Origin: a virus
Taxonomy: Duplodnaviria > Caudoviricetes
DNA length: 64,000 bases
Virus record (IMG/VR): IMGVR_UViG_3300037297_000386
Direction: 5' to 3' (one strand)
Shown: positions 39,873 to 50,110 of the stretch, piece by piece
Numbering within the stretch: position 1 is the first letter of the stretch
How the letters are laid out: the number at the start of each line of letters is the position of its first letter
Notes under the pieces: model-generated
What the model was told of the DNA's origin: nothing
Database searches by the model: none
Seen by the model: only the letters and a program-made list of their open reading frames with translations
Program-made: the position numbers and the translations under genes

Positions 39873-40583
39873 TTAAAACCAAATTAATTCTAATGTAGTA
39901 TTAATTCCGCTTGGTGGACCAGTTACCATAGCAATCCCAGGATGACTTGGTGTTGGCTGCTCGGTAGTAAAAAGTCCATCTCCATTACAAAATAACGTAG
40001 CATTTACTACATATCTTTTCTTTGCATCATATTGATCTGTCTCAAATATTCCACGACCAAACCAAACTGTAATTCTACCACTACCAATCGTAGTATTGTC
40101 ACCCGGAATATTAGCTATACGATATATGTAACTAACTATTGTACGAATGGAATCTGGTACGCCGTCTCCATCGGCATCCCAATTTAATGGCGTACCTGCT
40201 GGAGCAATTAGGATTCCATTATTATCATTCAAAATTAAACCTTCAATGTCGCAGGTAAAACTACTTCTAACAATGCTAGGTTTTCTGAGATCTTTCATGA
40301 CATCAATCACTGATACATATCTACCATAACCATCATGTGTTCCAACCGCTGGTATTACTACAACCTCATCTATCATAGGACGAGTAAAAGCAGATGTATT
40401 AATATCATCGATAATTCCAATAGGTGCTGTTCCATCTGAAACACCACAAACTATTTCATTGCCAATGACATTCAACTGAGCAACTTGCCCAGGTTGAAAC
40501 TCAGAAGAAGGATTTACTGGAAAACTTAATGGCAAAGTGTTGCCAATCTGTATTAACCTAAGTATGACACACCTCCTGGACAC
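39873..40583 (-). CDS. Decoration-protein paralogue, 236 aa
   Basis: TTIGSGRITVWFGRGIF matches TTGSGKVTLWDKGGLY of 32175..32840. Confidence 0.5.
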   Translation of the reverse strand: MSRRCVILRLIQIGNTLPLSFPVNPSSEFQPGQVAQLNVIGNEIVCGVSDGTAPIGIIDDINTSAFTRPMIDEVVVIPAVGTHDGYGRYVSVIDVMKDLRKPSIVRSSFTCDIEGLILNDNNGILIAPAGTPLNWDADGDGVPDSIRTIVSYIYRIANIPGDNTTIGSGRITVWFGRGIFETDQYDAKKRYVVNATLFCNGDGLFTTEQPTPSHPGIAMVTGPPSGINTTLELIWF

Positions 40584-40659
40584 GCCAGAGTTGTTATTTT
40601 ATTTTCCCTAAAAAACAACTTATGTTACATTCACTATTTTAATTAAAAAATATCTATTA

Positions 40660-40986
40660 TTACTCTTCGGACGACTTGTCTGATTGAAAGCTATCAACAA
40701 TAGTCTTTAATGCATCATCAACTAAATTAGATGCTTCTTCAGCGCCCATGTCATCAAGTTCACCAGCCAGTTTCACCAAATCATTAACCACACTTATTAA
40801 GCTGGCTTTTTTATCATTTTTTTCTTTTTCCTTATCCTTTGCCTCATCTTTCTTTTCTTCCTCGTCTTTTTCATCTTTATCATTTTCATCTTTATCATTT
40901 TCATCTTTTTTAGCTGCATTCTTAACCATATCAGTATTTAATAAGGATGCAAGTTCTAAAATCATTTCGTCTCCAGCTCGTGTCAT
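40660..40986 (-). CDS. Small charged helical-tag protein, 108 aa
   Basis: KDEND repeats and LVKLAGELDDMGAEEASNLVD. Confidence 0.75.
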   Translation of the reverse strand: MTRAGDEMILELASLLNTDMVKNAAKKDENDKDENDKDEKDEEEKKDEAKDKEKEKNDKKASLISVVNDLVKLAGELDDMGAEEASNLVDDALKTIVDSFQSDKSSEE

Positions 40987-41003
40987 TTTATATCTCCTTG
41001 TTT

Positions 41004-42335
41004 TTACTTATGCTTCTCTCTGAAAGCATTTGTAGCCCAGTCGTTAAACTGTTTAGTCTTGAAAATATTAGGAATATTATTTATATAAAAATCAGGATGT
41101 GTTCTGGCTATCTCGCCAGCCAAACGACGCATCTTGTTAAAAATTCTATCTTTAAATAAATATGTTTCAGGAATATTTTTAATTCTTTCTTTCTCAAATC
41201 TAATCAGATTGTTCCATAAATCAGGCAACATACTGTATATCTCCGGGCCTTGTTTATACAAATCAAACATTAATACTTCATGGGGATGACGTTTGATCGA
41301 TTCTGTAATTGCTTTGCCCATCCATTTCTTTAAATCATGTGGCCGACGTAATCCCCATTCAAAATATTTAATAGGATTATATTCTATTAAATTGTTCATA
41401 GCAATCTCTGTAGCACGTGGATCGCGCCCATCTCTTACTCTTTTATCCTTCCATATATCATTGCCACGCAGATATGTTTTAGGATAATGTTTCGCCAACC
41501 AAACGAGAGACCCACGCCCGTCAGCAGTTTCTCTCGTGCTTATTGACCTTTGTTTCGATTCTGCTTTTTTAAATCTTTCTGCATATGGAGAATCCTTTAT
41601 AGTATCATAAAACTCGGGGATTTCTTCGGATATCTTCTTCAATAATGACCTCATACGATAATGTAGAATGCCAGGAAATATATTACTTTTATCAGTTTCA
41701 GGTGTTTTCTTCAATTCATTGTCTATAGATTTTTCCCATAATTTTGGCAAAAGCTCTTTCATTCCTGGTCTATGGAAAAAAGCAAAAATATGTAATATAA
41801 GTGCTGTCTCTGGATCAGTATTAATCAAATTTTCAGCCGCTCTTTTCATCCATACAGGGTCATCTCCAGGTTTCCTTCTATACATTTCCCATTCAAAATA
41901 TTTTTCAGGCTCTTCTTCTACTATTTTATTAATAAGCTCTTTGGTCAATTTGGTATTAGTTGGATCTGATGCATAGCCTAAAAATGGATCGTGTCCTTTT
42001 AAATAAGCATATGGATAATTCTTGGCCACCCATTCAGGACTGCCAGCATTAGGATCTAACCAGGGTTGTTCGACATGTTCTACTCCAAAATCACTCTTTA
42101 ATTCCTCAACATTTTGATAAGATTCAGGAGCAATCATTTGTGGAATAGGTTGTTCTATTGGAATTGGTATAGCTGGAGCACCCCCTATATCCGGTTTTTC
42201 TTCTTCTAGACCCTCTAATTGTTCAGTTCTAGGATACGGCTTTAGTTGTTCAGTGACAGGTAAAGGTGGAGGGCTAATAATATCTAATATATTAGCCGCG
42301 AATTCAAACATTATTTCATCTCTAGTTTTGAGCAT
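41004..42335 (-). CDS. Hypothetical protein with two internal helical repeats, 443 aa
   Basis: W(V/L)AKxYPxxYLxG...PxKYFEW...WMxxA occurs twice. Confidence 0.7.
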   Translation of the reverse strand: MLKTRDEIMFEFAANILDIISPPPLPVTEQLKPYPRTEQLEGLEEEKPDIGGAPAIPIPIEQPIPQMIAPESYQNVEELKSDFGVEHVEQPWLDPNAGSPEWVAKNYPYAYLKGHDPFLGYASDPTNTKLTKELINKIVEEEPEKYFEWEMYRRKPGDDPVWMKRAAENLINTDPETALILHIFAFFHRPGMKELLPKLWEKSIDNELKKTPETDKSNIFPGILHYRMRSLLKKISEEIPEFYDTIKDSPYAERFKKAESKQRSISTRETADGRGSLVWLAKHYPKTYLRGNDIWKDKRVRDGRDPRATEIAMNNLIEYNPIKYFEWGLRRPHDLKKWMGKAITESIKRHPHEVLMFDLYKQGPEIYSMLPDLWNNLIRFEKERIKNIPETYLFKDRIFNKMRRLAGEIARTHPDFYINNIPNIFKTKQFNDWATNAFREKHK

Positions 42336-42492
42336 CTGTGTTTGTTCCGATCAAATAGTCAAATATACTTTTATGAATATCCCAATTAAACTCAAAAAAT
42401 CCAACTATTTCTTCTTCAGTAAGACCTAACTTTTTTAACTCGCTAATTTCATTTTGAAATTCCAAGCATGCCAACAGGTTTTTTATACTCAT
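42322..42492 (-). CDS. Small hypothetical protein, 56 aa (not in ORF track)
   Basis: MSIKNLLACLEFQNEISELKKLGLTEEEIVGFFEF...; its stop overlaps the start region of the next gene. Confidence 0.55.
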   Translation of the reverse strand: MSIKNLLACLEFQNEISELKKLGLTEEEIVGFFEFNWDIHKSIFDYLIGTNTDAQN

Positions 42493-42516
42493 AATTATAA
42501 TCCTGTAGGTAAGGAG

Positions 42517-42551
42517 ATAGGGAAGAACGCGACATAAGCATTCTTCCCTAT
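42517..42551. promoter_or_regulatory. Hairpin after the protease-scaffold gene
   Basis: ATAGGGAAGAA-13 nt-TTCTTCCCTAT; no U-tract. Confidence 0.45.
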
Positions 42552-42585
42552 ATGAATTCTGCTACATAAGGTTAATAGATATCAA

Positions 42586-45500
42586 TTACTTCCAACCTAG
42601 TCCGTTCAATTGCGTAACTAAATTTGGTTCTACCACTGGATCTGCACTTGCAGTAACTTCCATAGCTTTTGTAGCTGCATCGGCGCCAACTACTGGTAAT
42701 TTACCAGACTTTTTGTTAGATTTCATACTAGCCACAATGCGCTTAGTCGACTCAAAAGCCGCATTGTCAAACTTCATAATTTCATCGACATATGTATCTA
42801 GGGCAACTCGACTTGGTTCTATCATACCTTTTTCTTGAGCCATAAGACCAAGATCATAAGCCCGACGTAGCTTTACTTTATACGTTTTGTCTTCAGCTTC
42901 TTTTTTCTTGCCAGCAAAATCTTTACTTAGATCAGCACCAAAACTTCCCGTGTCTGGACCTTGGCTCCAATATTTCTTCCAGTATGATGCTGCCGCCGAA
43001 TCTACTTTGCCTTCTGCTACTAGTTTATCTAAATCTTCTACTTTGAGTGCTCCCTTGACAAACTGCTCCTGTAATTTCATCGCTGCTTCACGCACATTGC
43101 GTGGGCCAGATTCAGCAACATCACGCATGGCATCATGAATTTCAGATATTGTCTCGACTTTTGCTTCATCAGTCTTAGTGTGGGTTAATTCAGTCATAGT
43201 GCCTTTTCCACCGGGATGAGCTTCAAAATAAGTTTTCTCTGTCGCATTTTCTGCTTTACCAAGATCAAGCTCATACTTTCCAAGTATCTTATCAGTTGCT
43301 TGTACAACTAACTCTTCACGAGCTCTTTTGCGTGCTTCCTTAAGAGAGGCTTCACTCTCAACAACCTCGTCATCAGCATAACTAGAAGAATCATTAATAA
43401 GATCCTCTAAACTATCATCAGTATCTACTTCGGTGACAACACAGTCATCGGCCGGCACACCACAGTCATGCGCTTGACCAGGAACTAATTTGGATCCACA
43501 CTGCTCACAAAACTGTCCATTACCCATAGCTTTTGCTAGCAAGGCTGCGCGATTTTCGGATCTAATTTTTAATGCATCTTCTAAAAGTTTTTGGGCTTCT
43601 TTTTTATCTTCCTTGTCGTTTTCATCTTTCTCTTCTTTCTTATCCTTATCGTCTTTATCCTTATCGTCTTTCTTATCTTTGTCTTTACCTTTCTCTTTTT
43701 GGAATTTCTCTAGACCAGGAGGAAGTTTACCAGCTTCTTTCTTCTCATATTTTTCATCCTCATTTTTAGCCTTCTCTTCTTTTTTATCTTTCTTGTCGTT
43801 TTCATCTTTCTCTTCTTTCTTATCTTTATTTTTCTTAGCCTCAAGAACCATAGAAGTTTCTTTAAGAATAGTTTGTGAGTCTTCCCATGCTTGTTCAGCT
43901 GCCTTAAGCAATCTTTCATTCACTTCACCATCCAGCGCTTCACTAATAAGGGCTAGTTCATCAGCTGACTCGTTCAGAAGAGATTCTACTTTTAGAACTT
44001 CTTCGCGAGAAGCCAATGCACCTTCCATTGGTGCCATCTCTGGCGTCTTTTCAGCAGCTTCACCCTTGGAGTCCTCATCGATATTAACATCAATATCAAC
44101 TAATTCTTCTTCCATACCTGAAGCTAGATCACGAATTTCAGCAATTTTTTCTTCCATAGCATTTAATGCTGAATCAATTTTACCTTGCGTCTCTTCTTTT
44201 GGCTGTTTAACTTCAACTGGCTTTTCGGAATCTTTAGGAGCTGTTTCTCCACCTTCTGAAGGAATAGGTTCTCCTAATTGATCTCCTATTGGAGCCATTT
44301 CACCACCTGCTCCACCTGCTCCACCTGCTAATGGATCTGTCATAGGAGGTTGGGCTCCCTTCAATAAATAAGCAACGCGATCGAATCCTTCAGAACGAAT
44401 ATACTTTATAACATCTCCGCCATATTCTCTGGAACTCAGGTAATCCCAATTCTCATCTATATCATCACCAAAAATTTCGGAGCCGGTAGCCGTCAAAATA
44501 AGCTTGCCACCAGCATAAATATCCCATCTAGAGGCACTTTTACATAGCTGTCCATCATGATCAGCAACTTTTGTAAATTTTGCGCTAAGCTTGGCACGAA
44601 GTAACTTTTTCTTAAGTTCCATATCGCCAGGAACAGTGCCATCTTTTCCGCCCATATCATACAATCCCTGAAGATGTTTGTCTTCATTATTGCGAACTTT
44701 CTCTGCCATTGGGTCTTTTTCATACTTTGGTTTTCCAGGAGTAGGCTCATTAACACCACCACCGCCTAACCAATAAGCTCGACGTTTCATTGCCCTTTCT
44801 TCTAATTTAGCTTTACTCAAGTTTAGTCCATTACGACCAGCGTCACGTAATTTTTCCTCATCGCCAGGGTGCAAACCTTCTGATCCTGTTTCTAATGGCT
44901 GACCTGTCATTTGTTTGTCTTCTTTATTTCGAATGCTTTCTGCATCCTCTTTTTCATACTTTGGTTTTCCAGGAGTAGGCTCATTAACGCCACCACCGCC
45001 TAACCAATAAGCTCTTCGTGCCTTTGCACGAGCACGCAATCTCGCAGAATTCATGTTGTTCTCCTCCTTAGAGACTTTTTTAAGTTCGTTTAATGATTTT
45101 TGCATACTTTCCACCTTGGATCGAAGGAGACGTAATTCTTCTAAATAAGCACCCTGCTTGTCTCCTTCTTTACTTGCATATCTTTCTGTTGGTATCCCAG
45201 ACAATGGTGTAGAAGTTGGCAGTCCTTCTACACCCTCTTCTGACATGGGGCTCCAACTTGGACCACCAGGAGTAGGTCTCATAGGTGGTATAGTCTCATC
45301 TTCTATTTTTTCAATCGATTTATCTTTACTGATCAATTTTGTAATTTCTGCTAATATTTCTGCTGCTGCTTTTTCAGCACCCGCCTCTTTCAGCTCTCTA
45401 TAAGTAGCTGTAAGTTGAGCAAGAGTTCTGGCTTTATCCTCGTCCATTTCAGCAGCTTTTTCTAAATTTTCACTTTGCATCAAACTACTAATTTTTATTC

Positions 45501-46368
45501 GTATCTCATTAACAGTATCAGCTAGACTTTGTAATTCAGTTGGGTTTACACATCTTTGGTGCGTAAGTTCATCTATTCTATCTTGCTTATTTTGCACATA
45601 AGTATTTAGACTAGCTATAATATTCCTTATTTTAGCCCTGCCATCAGCCCCATTAACAACTAAACTAAGTTCAATCGGTGACAGATCTAAATTAATTTCA
45701 CCATAATTCTTCCTAGCAAGAATACACGGACAATATTCTTTCTCTGTGACGGCCACATTCCCGCACTCAGTACACACAGACCGCCCAACTGCTGTTCCCA
45801 TAGAAACACAATTTGCGTATCCAGTCTCAACTTTGCGCGCCAAATCCGCATAATTCTTTTTATCTAATGCAAACAACGCATGAACACGCTTAAATTTTGG
45901 ATCATAATATGTATCAATAATTATCCCGCGGATTCCATCAACGCTATCCGAACGATGATCCTTGCAAAGTGGTTTTCCAATCCACAGTTTATATGCTTTG
46001 ATAAGTTCAGCTTCACTAAATATATCTCCATTGGCATTTTTATATGGCATTATATTATCTGTCGAAACCCATCTAACCGAATTTTTGCCACTTTTGTTTT
46101 TAAACTCTTCAAAAAACCCAGACACAGGCTTGCCGTTTTTATTCATATTCGGTTCGCCAGTCTCTTGATTTACCAAAGAAGCTTCAGCTGCATGCATAAT
46201 AACCGCATGTCCGTATAAAAAATCTTTAGCTTTTGGAGCAACTCTTCGTAATTTTTTGGCTAATTTAACAAATCTTTTTAATACCAATTCATCCTTAAGG
46301 GCCTGTTTTGGCGACAAAATATTTTTTTCGGAACTGAATGTTAAATTTTCACCAAATTTTTCAAGCAT
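42586..46368 (-). CDS. Prohead protease fused to a long scaffold/internal-protein region (~1260 aa)
   Basis: NANGDIF...KPLCKDH...GIIID...VSMGT...CTECG...YCPC...IELSLV..GAD is a HK97/herpes-type prohead protease. It is followed by coiled coils, K/D/E tracts, a Zn-ribbon and an AHP motif. Start moved to the ATG behind GAGGAG. Confidence 0.85.
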   Translation of the reverse strand: MLEKFGENLTFSSEKNILSPKQALKDELVLKRFVKLAKKLRRVAPKAKDFLYGHAVIMHAAEASLVNQETGEPNMNKNGKPVSGFFEEFKNKSGKNSVRWVSTDNIMPYKNANGDIFSEAELIKAYKLWIGKPLCKDHRSDSVDGIRGIIIDTYYDPKFKRVHALFALDKKNYADLARKVETGYANCVSMGTAVGRSVCTECGNVAVTEKEYCPCILARKNYGEINLDLSPIELSLVVNGADGRAKIRNIIASLNTYVQNKQDRIDELTHQRCVNPTELQSLADTVNEIRIKISSLMQSENLEKAAEMDEDKARTLAQLTATYRELKEAGAEKAAAEILAEITKLISKDKSIEKIEDETIPPMRPTPGGPSWSPMSEEGVEGLPTSTPLSGIPTERYASKEGDKQGAYLEELRLLRSKVESMQKSLNELKKVSKEENNMNSARLRARAKARRAYWLGGGGVNEPTPGKPKYEKEDAESIRNKEDKQMTGQPLETGSEGLHPGDEEKLRDAGRNGLNLSKAKLEERAMKRRAYWLGGGGVNEPTPGKPKYEKDPMAEKVRNNEDKHLQGLYDMGGKDGTVPGDMELKKKLLRAKLSAKFTKVADHDGQLCKSASRWDIYAGGKLILTATGSEIFGDDIDENWDYLSSREYGGDVIKYIRSEGFDRVAYLLKGAQPPMTDPLAGGAGGAGGEMAPIGDQLGEPIPSEGGETAPKDSEKPVEVKQPKEETQGKIDSALNAMEEKIAEIRDLASGMEEELVDIDVNIDEDSKGEAAEKTPEMAPMEGALASREEVLKVESLLNESADELALISEALDGEVNERLLKAAEQAWEDSQTILKETSMVLEAKKNKDKKEEKDENDKKDKKEEKAKNEDEKYEKKEAGKLPPGLEKFQKEKGKDKDKKDDKDKDDKDKKEEKDENDKEDKKEAQKLLEDALKIRSENRAALLAKAMGNGQFCEQCGSKLVPGQAHDCGVPADDCVVTEVDTDDSLEDLINDSSSYADDEVVESEASLKEARKRAREELVVQATDKILGKYELDLGKAENATEKTYFEAHPGGKGTMTELTHTKTDEAKVETISEIHDAMRDVAESGPRNVREAAMKLQEQFVKGALKVEDLDKLVAEGKVDSAAASYWKKYWSQGPDTGSFGADLSKDFAGKKKEAEDKTYKVKLRRAYDLGLMAQEKGMIEPSRVALDTYVDEIMKFDNAAFESTKRIVASMKSNKKSGKLPVVGADAATKAMEVTASADPVVEPNLVTQLNGLGWK
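44716..45014 (-). repeat. Two ~65-bp direct repeats in the scaffold region (44716-44780, 44949-45014)
   Basis: Both encode RRAYWLGGGGVNEPTPGKPKYEK. Confidence 0.9.
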
Positions 46369-46379
46369 TTTAAAACTCC

Positions 46380-47528
46380 TCAATCCTCTTCGTCTTCTTC
46401 AATACCTTCTAAAAATTTTTCTAATTCTTCTTCCATTTCATCAGACATTTCTACTTCTTCTGTGGAATCACATTCATCATTACTATCTTCTGCATCTATT
46501 GCTTTTTCATCGTCAGAATTAGCATCAAAAAAATCTAAAGTATTTTGACCTTCATCATGTTTAACGGCATCGACAATATTGTTAAACATTTCCTCTAAAT
46601 CTTTTTTAGATGGTTTCTTGCCGTGCATTAATTCAAAAAATCTCTTTTTGGCTGACTCTAAACCTTCTTGGGTTTTCTCCATGTCTTTAACTATCTTGTC
46701 TAATCCTAAATCTTTCGCCGAATCAGAAAAATCGAAATACCGTAGACGTCTAAAAAGTTCATTAAGACTTTTAATGGATTTTGAATTATTTTGATCGGCG
46801 TCATGTACAAAAATAATTAAATTCTTTTTAACCTTATCGTCTAATTTTTTAAGTGGGGCTTTTGGGCGGGCCGAAAATGATTTTAAAGCACGATCAACTT
46901 CAGAGGCAAGATCAAATTTTCTTTCTTGATCGAATTCATCAGCCATTTTTACCAACACAGATCTAATTTTATTCTCCACTACACTTGCCATTTTTCTCTC
47001 AGTTGATTTCATATCTTCCTGTGTAAACAACGGCTTCCTGTTTTCAACGACTTCGTGAGTTCCAGATAATGCTTCATCCAGATCTTTTTCTCTGCCAACA
47101 TGTTTTGGGTCAAATTCGAACTCTTCTTCTGATAATGTTGGTAAATCTGCTCCCTCTTCAAACCAACCACCTTCTTCTAATTTTCTAATCGTCTCTTTTG
47201 CAGCTTCTGGGACCATATATGTTTGTAATTCTGGAGTATCGCTAATATCACCAAGATTTAAGCCATCAGTCCATTTATCATGAATTTTTGGAATAGCTCG
47301 TACCATATTACCGCGCCCATCTGGGTCTGGCTCTAGAACTAAATCGAAACTGATGGCTTTTCCAAGGGACATAATAACTTCTGGCTTCAATCTAATGAGT
47401 TCAACCAGATCAATGTTCCCACCAGCTTCTTGTGCTAAAGATAAAATAAATTTATCCACTCTATTTGCCATTTTAAGTAAACCAGATTGATTAAGGCGAT
47501 CGGACAATTTGATCAATTTTACAAACAT
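46380..47528 (-). CDS. Helical-tag protein (two copies), 382 aa
   Basis: LIKLSDRLNQSGLLKMANRVD and LVKMADEFDQERKFDLASEVD. Confidence 0.75.
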   Translation of the reverse strand: MFVKLIKLSDRLNQSGLLKMANRVDKFILSLAQEAGGNIDLVELIRLKPEVIMSLGKAISFDLVLEPDPDGRGNMVRAIPKIHDKWTDGLNLGDISDTPELQTYMVPEAAKETIRKLEEGGWFEEGADLPTLSEEEFEFDPKHVGREKDLDEALSGTHEVVENRKPLFTQEDMKSTERKMASVVENKIRSVLVKMADEFDQERKFDLASEVDRALKSFSARPKAPLKKLDDKVKKNLIIFVHDADQNNSKSIKSLNELFRRLRYFDFSDSAKDLGLDKIVKDMEKTQEGLESAKKRFFELMHGKKPSKKDLEEMFNNIVDAVKHDEGQNTLDFFDANSDDEKAIDAEDSNDECDSTEEVEMSDEMEEELEKFLEGIEEDEED

Positions 47529-47668
47529 TATTTATCATCCTCGTCGTTACTATGATCGCATACAAGTTTATTATGATCTGAGCCAACTGACACTATAACA
47601 AGTTTTTTACCACATTTGTCACAAAATATTTCAGACCCATCTTCGTCAATATACGACAAAACAGGCAT
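47528..47668 (-). CDS. Small Zn-ribbon-like protein, 46 aa (not in ORF track)
   Basis: MPVLSYIDEDGSEIFCDKCGKK...VCDH; GGAG SD; TAATG coupling to the next gene. Confidence 0.55.
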   Translation of the reverse strand: MPVLSYIDEDGSEIFCDKCGKKLVIVSVGSDHNKLVCDHSNDEDDK

Positions 47669-47694
47669 ATCATCTCCAGTTTTTATTATAGCCA

Positions 47695-48288
47695 TTACCC
47701 ATTCCTCATAAAATATTTTATTATTCTTTTTCTACGCTGTATGTTAAAGTGTAAATTACTTATTTTCATTCGCCCTAATATATCATGGTCAATATGATTA
47801 AATAACTGATTGTCTATCACATCAATGATAGATTTTTGTCTTTTCTCAATTTGAGCCGTAATTTGTTCAATTGTTTTACTAAAACCCTCACGATCTGTTT
47901 CTTTTAATAAATCCATTACGGCTTCAGCACCATCAGAAAGTTCTCCAATTTCTGCAATAATAATTTCGCGGAGTCTAACCATATCCGGATCACTTATTTT
48001 AGACAATTTTTCCAATGAATTTTTAACATTAGATAAGAATTCATTAAATATATTACGTATTTTGCGTCTATACCTTAATAAACGACCACGATATTTATGT
48101 TTTAGATCTTCCTTGGATGGCCGTTCTTCGGCCATTGCATCGCGTAAATCTGTAATTGATCTTACAGATTTGTCAAGTTTTTGTAATATATTTCTGAAAT
48201 CCTCTTTTACTTGTTTGGCAACAGCGCGTTCATTATCTGTAACCATCAAAGTCATTCTTGGTCCAGCTAATGCATTTGATCGTATCAT
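47695..48288 (-). CDS. Helical hypothetical protein, 197 aa
   Basis: Clean ORF with coiled-coil character. Confidence 0.7.
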   Translation of the reverse strand: MIRSNALAGPRMTLMVTDNERAVAKQVKEDFRNILQKLDKSVRSITDLRDAMAEERPSKEDLKHKYRGRLLRYRRKIRNIFNEFLSNVKNSLEKLSKISDPDMVRLREIIIAEIGELSDGAEAVMDLLKETDREGFSKTIEQITAQIEKRQKSIIDVIDNQLFNHIDHDILGRMKISNLHFNIQRRKRIIKYFMRNG

Positions 48289-48446
48289 CTGTTGCCCTCA
48301 TAACATCTCTCAAAAAAACTATTTAAAATATAACAATCCCTACGTTATAGTTTAGAAATATTAATAGATTTTTACCAACGTTTGAATATTATAATAATCA
48401 TAATATTCAAAATATTAAGCATATTTATACAAAATTTATTAAAATC

Positions 48447-49202
48447 TTATTGTTTGCCATACGGAGGCTCTAAATTATTATAAGATGTATAAAAATAACT
48501 ATCAGAGAGTCCATTAAATCCAGAATGCTGGCTGAAATCTGTAGGAACACGGCCATTAGCGCCAACTAATACTTCAGTTCCACCATTTTCTTTTTTGTGC
48601 TTTCTCTTGGTTTTTTGTTTACGTTTTCTCTTCTGTCTACGCTCTAAATTTTTAATAGTTTCAAGCATTTCATCATCTATCATAGTCTTTAAAACGTTAT
48701 CTAACTCGCTAGCTTCACTATATAAGCCCATGTTATCTAATAGATCTGCTAGTTCAGCAATTTTTTCGGCTTCTGGGATATTAAAAACTCCTTGCATACC
48801 TCCAGCTGGTTCTCCAGTCATCATATACTCGCCAGACCCAGGATAATTCATTTGTACATCTGGAACATTATTTATTATTGAATCATTTAAATCATCTTCA
48901 AAATTACCATCTATAGCTGACATGGCATCAAATACCAATTGTGAAGCGTCTATGAAACCCGCTTCTTCCAAAAATCCAGCAATATCAGATAGTTTTGATA
49001 ATGCCTTGGTTTCTTTGTCATCAGTAGACCCATCATCAGCGCGATGTTTAAAAGTTTGTACTTCTTTTTCACGTTGTTTAGCACCAGCCAAAGAATCATA
49101 TGTTCCTAAATTACGTCGATGGCCACTTTCGTCTTTTTTACGACTATATAAACGATATTTACCACTAGGCAATTTTCTTATGATAGCTATTTTAATAAGC
49201 AT
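48447..49202 (-). CDS. Helical-tag protein with basic N-terminal domain, 251 aa
   Basis: IKIA motif; GKYRLYSRK...NLGTYDS..AKQRE; two tag copies. Confidence 0.75.
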   Translation of the reverse strand: MLIKIAIIRKLPSGKYRLYSRKKDESGHRRNLGTYDSLAGAKQREKEVQTFKHRADDGSTDDKETKALSKLSDIAGFLEEAGFIDASQLVFDAMSAIDGNFEDDLNDSIINNVPDVQMNYPGSGEYMMTGEPAGGMQGVFNIPEAEKIAELADLLDNMGLYSEASELDNVLKTMIDDEMLETIKNLERRQKRKRKQKTKRKHKKENGGTEVLVGANGRVPTDFSQHSGFNGLSDSYFYTSYNNLEPPYGKQ

Positions 49203-49234
49203 TTATTTACATCTCCTAGTTTAATAAAAACATA

Positions 49235-49726
49235 TTATTGTTGACGTAATTCATTTTTCAATATTTTTTGCATCCATGGAAACATTTTCCTTGCACGTTC
49301 TGTAGCAGGCCCATATAAAGCATCTTCTTTCAAGCGAGGCCCAAAACCACCTCTCACCCTCAAGCCCATATTTTTTAATTGATCCCAAATCTCGTTATAT
49401 TGTTTTTGAAATGCTAAAATATTTGGATCTCTTATTACATCAGGACGTATAACCTGTGGCTTTCCACGTTCTATTAACTTTTGTGGTTCCGGTTTCATAT
49501 TCTTCATTTGTTCGGCGCGATCCCGAAATTCAGCATAATAAGGCTCTGGAACATCCCCAAGACGATCAGTGATATATACATTTCCTTTTTCATCCTTCCA
49601 CTTAAAAATTGGTTGTTCAGCAATGCTTTTTATTACAGAATCTATTTCAGACGCTTCTATATAAAGACCTTTATCGTCCAATTTGTTAGCGAAACTTATA
49701 AGTTCTTCTAAAATTGATACACACAT
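49235..49726 (-). CDS. Helical tag + DUF4124-like + PG-binding-like protein, 163 aa
   Basis: LISFANKLDDKGLYIEASEID; IFKWKDEKGNVYITD..P; ILAFQ...EDALYGPAT. Confidence 0.65.
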   Translation of the reverse strand: MCVSILEELISFANKLDDKGLYIEASEIDSVIKSIAEQPIFKWKDEKGNVYITDRLGDVPEPYYAEFRDRAEQMKNMKPEPQKLIERGKPQVIRPDVIRDPNILAFQKQYNEIWDQLKNMGLRVRGGFGPRLKEDALYGPATERARKMFPWMQKILKNELRQQ

Positions 49727-49735
49727 AACCTTCTC

Positions 49736-50110
49736 CTATTCCGCGCCCCATCCAGGCTGTAATCTTTGTTTTTTTATTTCTTCTCGTACTGGTTTAAATG
49801 ATGGCTGCACAACAATAATATCATATCGAACATTAGCAGTACCTCTCCCTCTCACTGCAGCTATCATAAAATGACCCATAGATTCTCTAACTTCAGCAAT
49901 CTCTCCGGATCTCAATTTAAATCTATATACAGGTGTAGCTTTTGCAAACTCAGTTGCAATTTCCTCATTAAGCTGCGCGTTTGGCATATGAGCAAATTCT
50001 GGATTAGCTCGTCTAAAATATTTACGTGCCGTGACACTGACACCAATATTTGCCGAAGACATTTCTATAGAAGTAGCAACTATTTTGTGTCGCAAAGATA
50101 TTGGTTTCAT
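49736..50110 (-). CDS. Hypothetical protein, 124 aa
   Basis: Co-directional ORF; N-terminal ISLR..KIVA. Confidence 0.7.
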   Translation of the reverse strand: MKPISLRHKIVATSIEMSSANIGVSVTARKYFRRANPEFAHMPNAQLNEEIATEFAKATPVYRFKLRSGEIAEVRESMGHFMIAAVRGRGTANVRYDIIVVQPSFKPVREEIKKQRLQPGWGAE

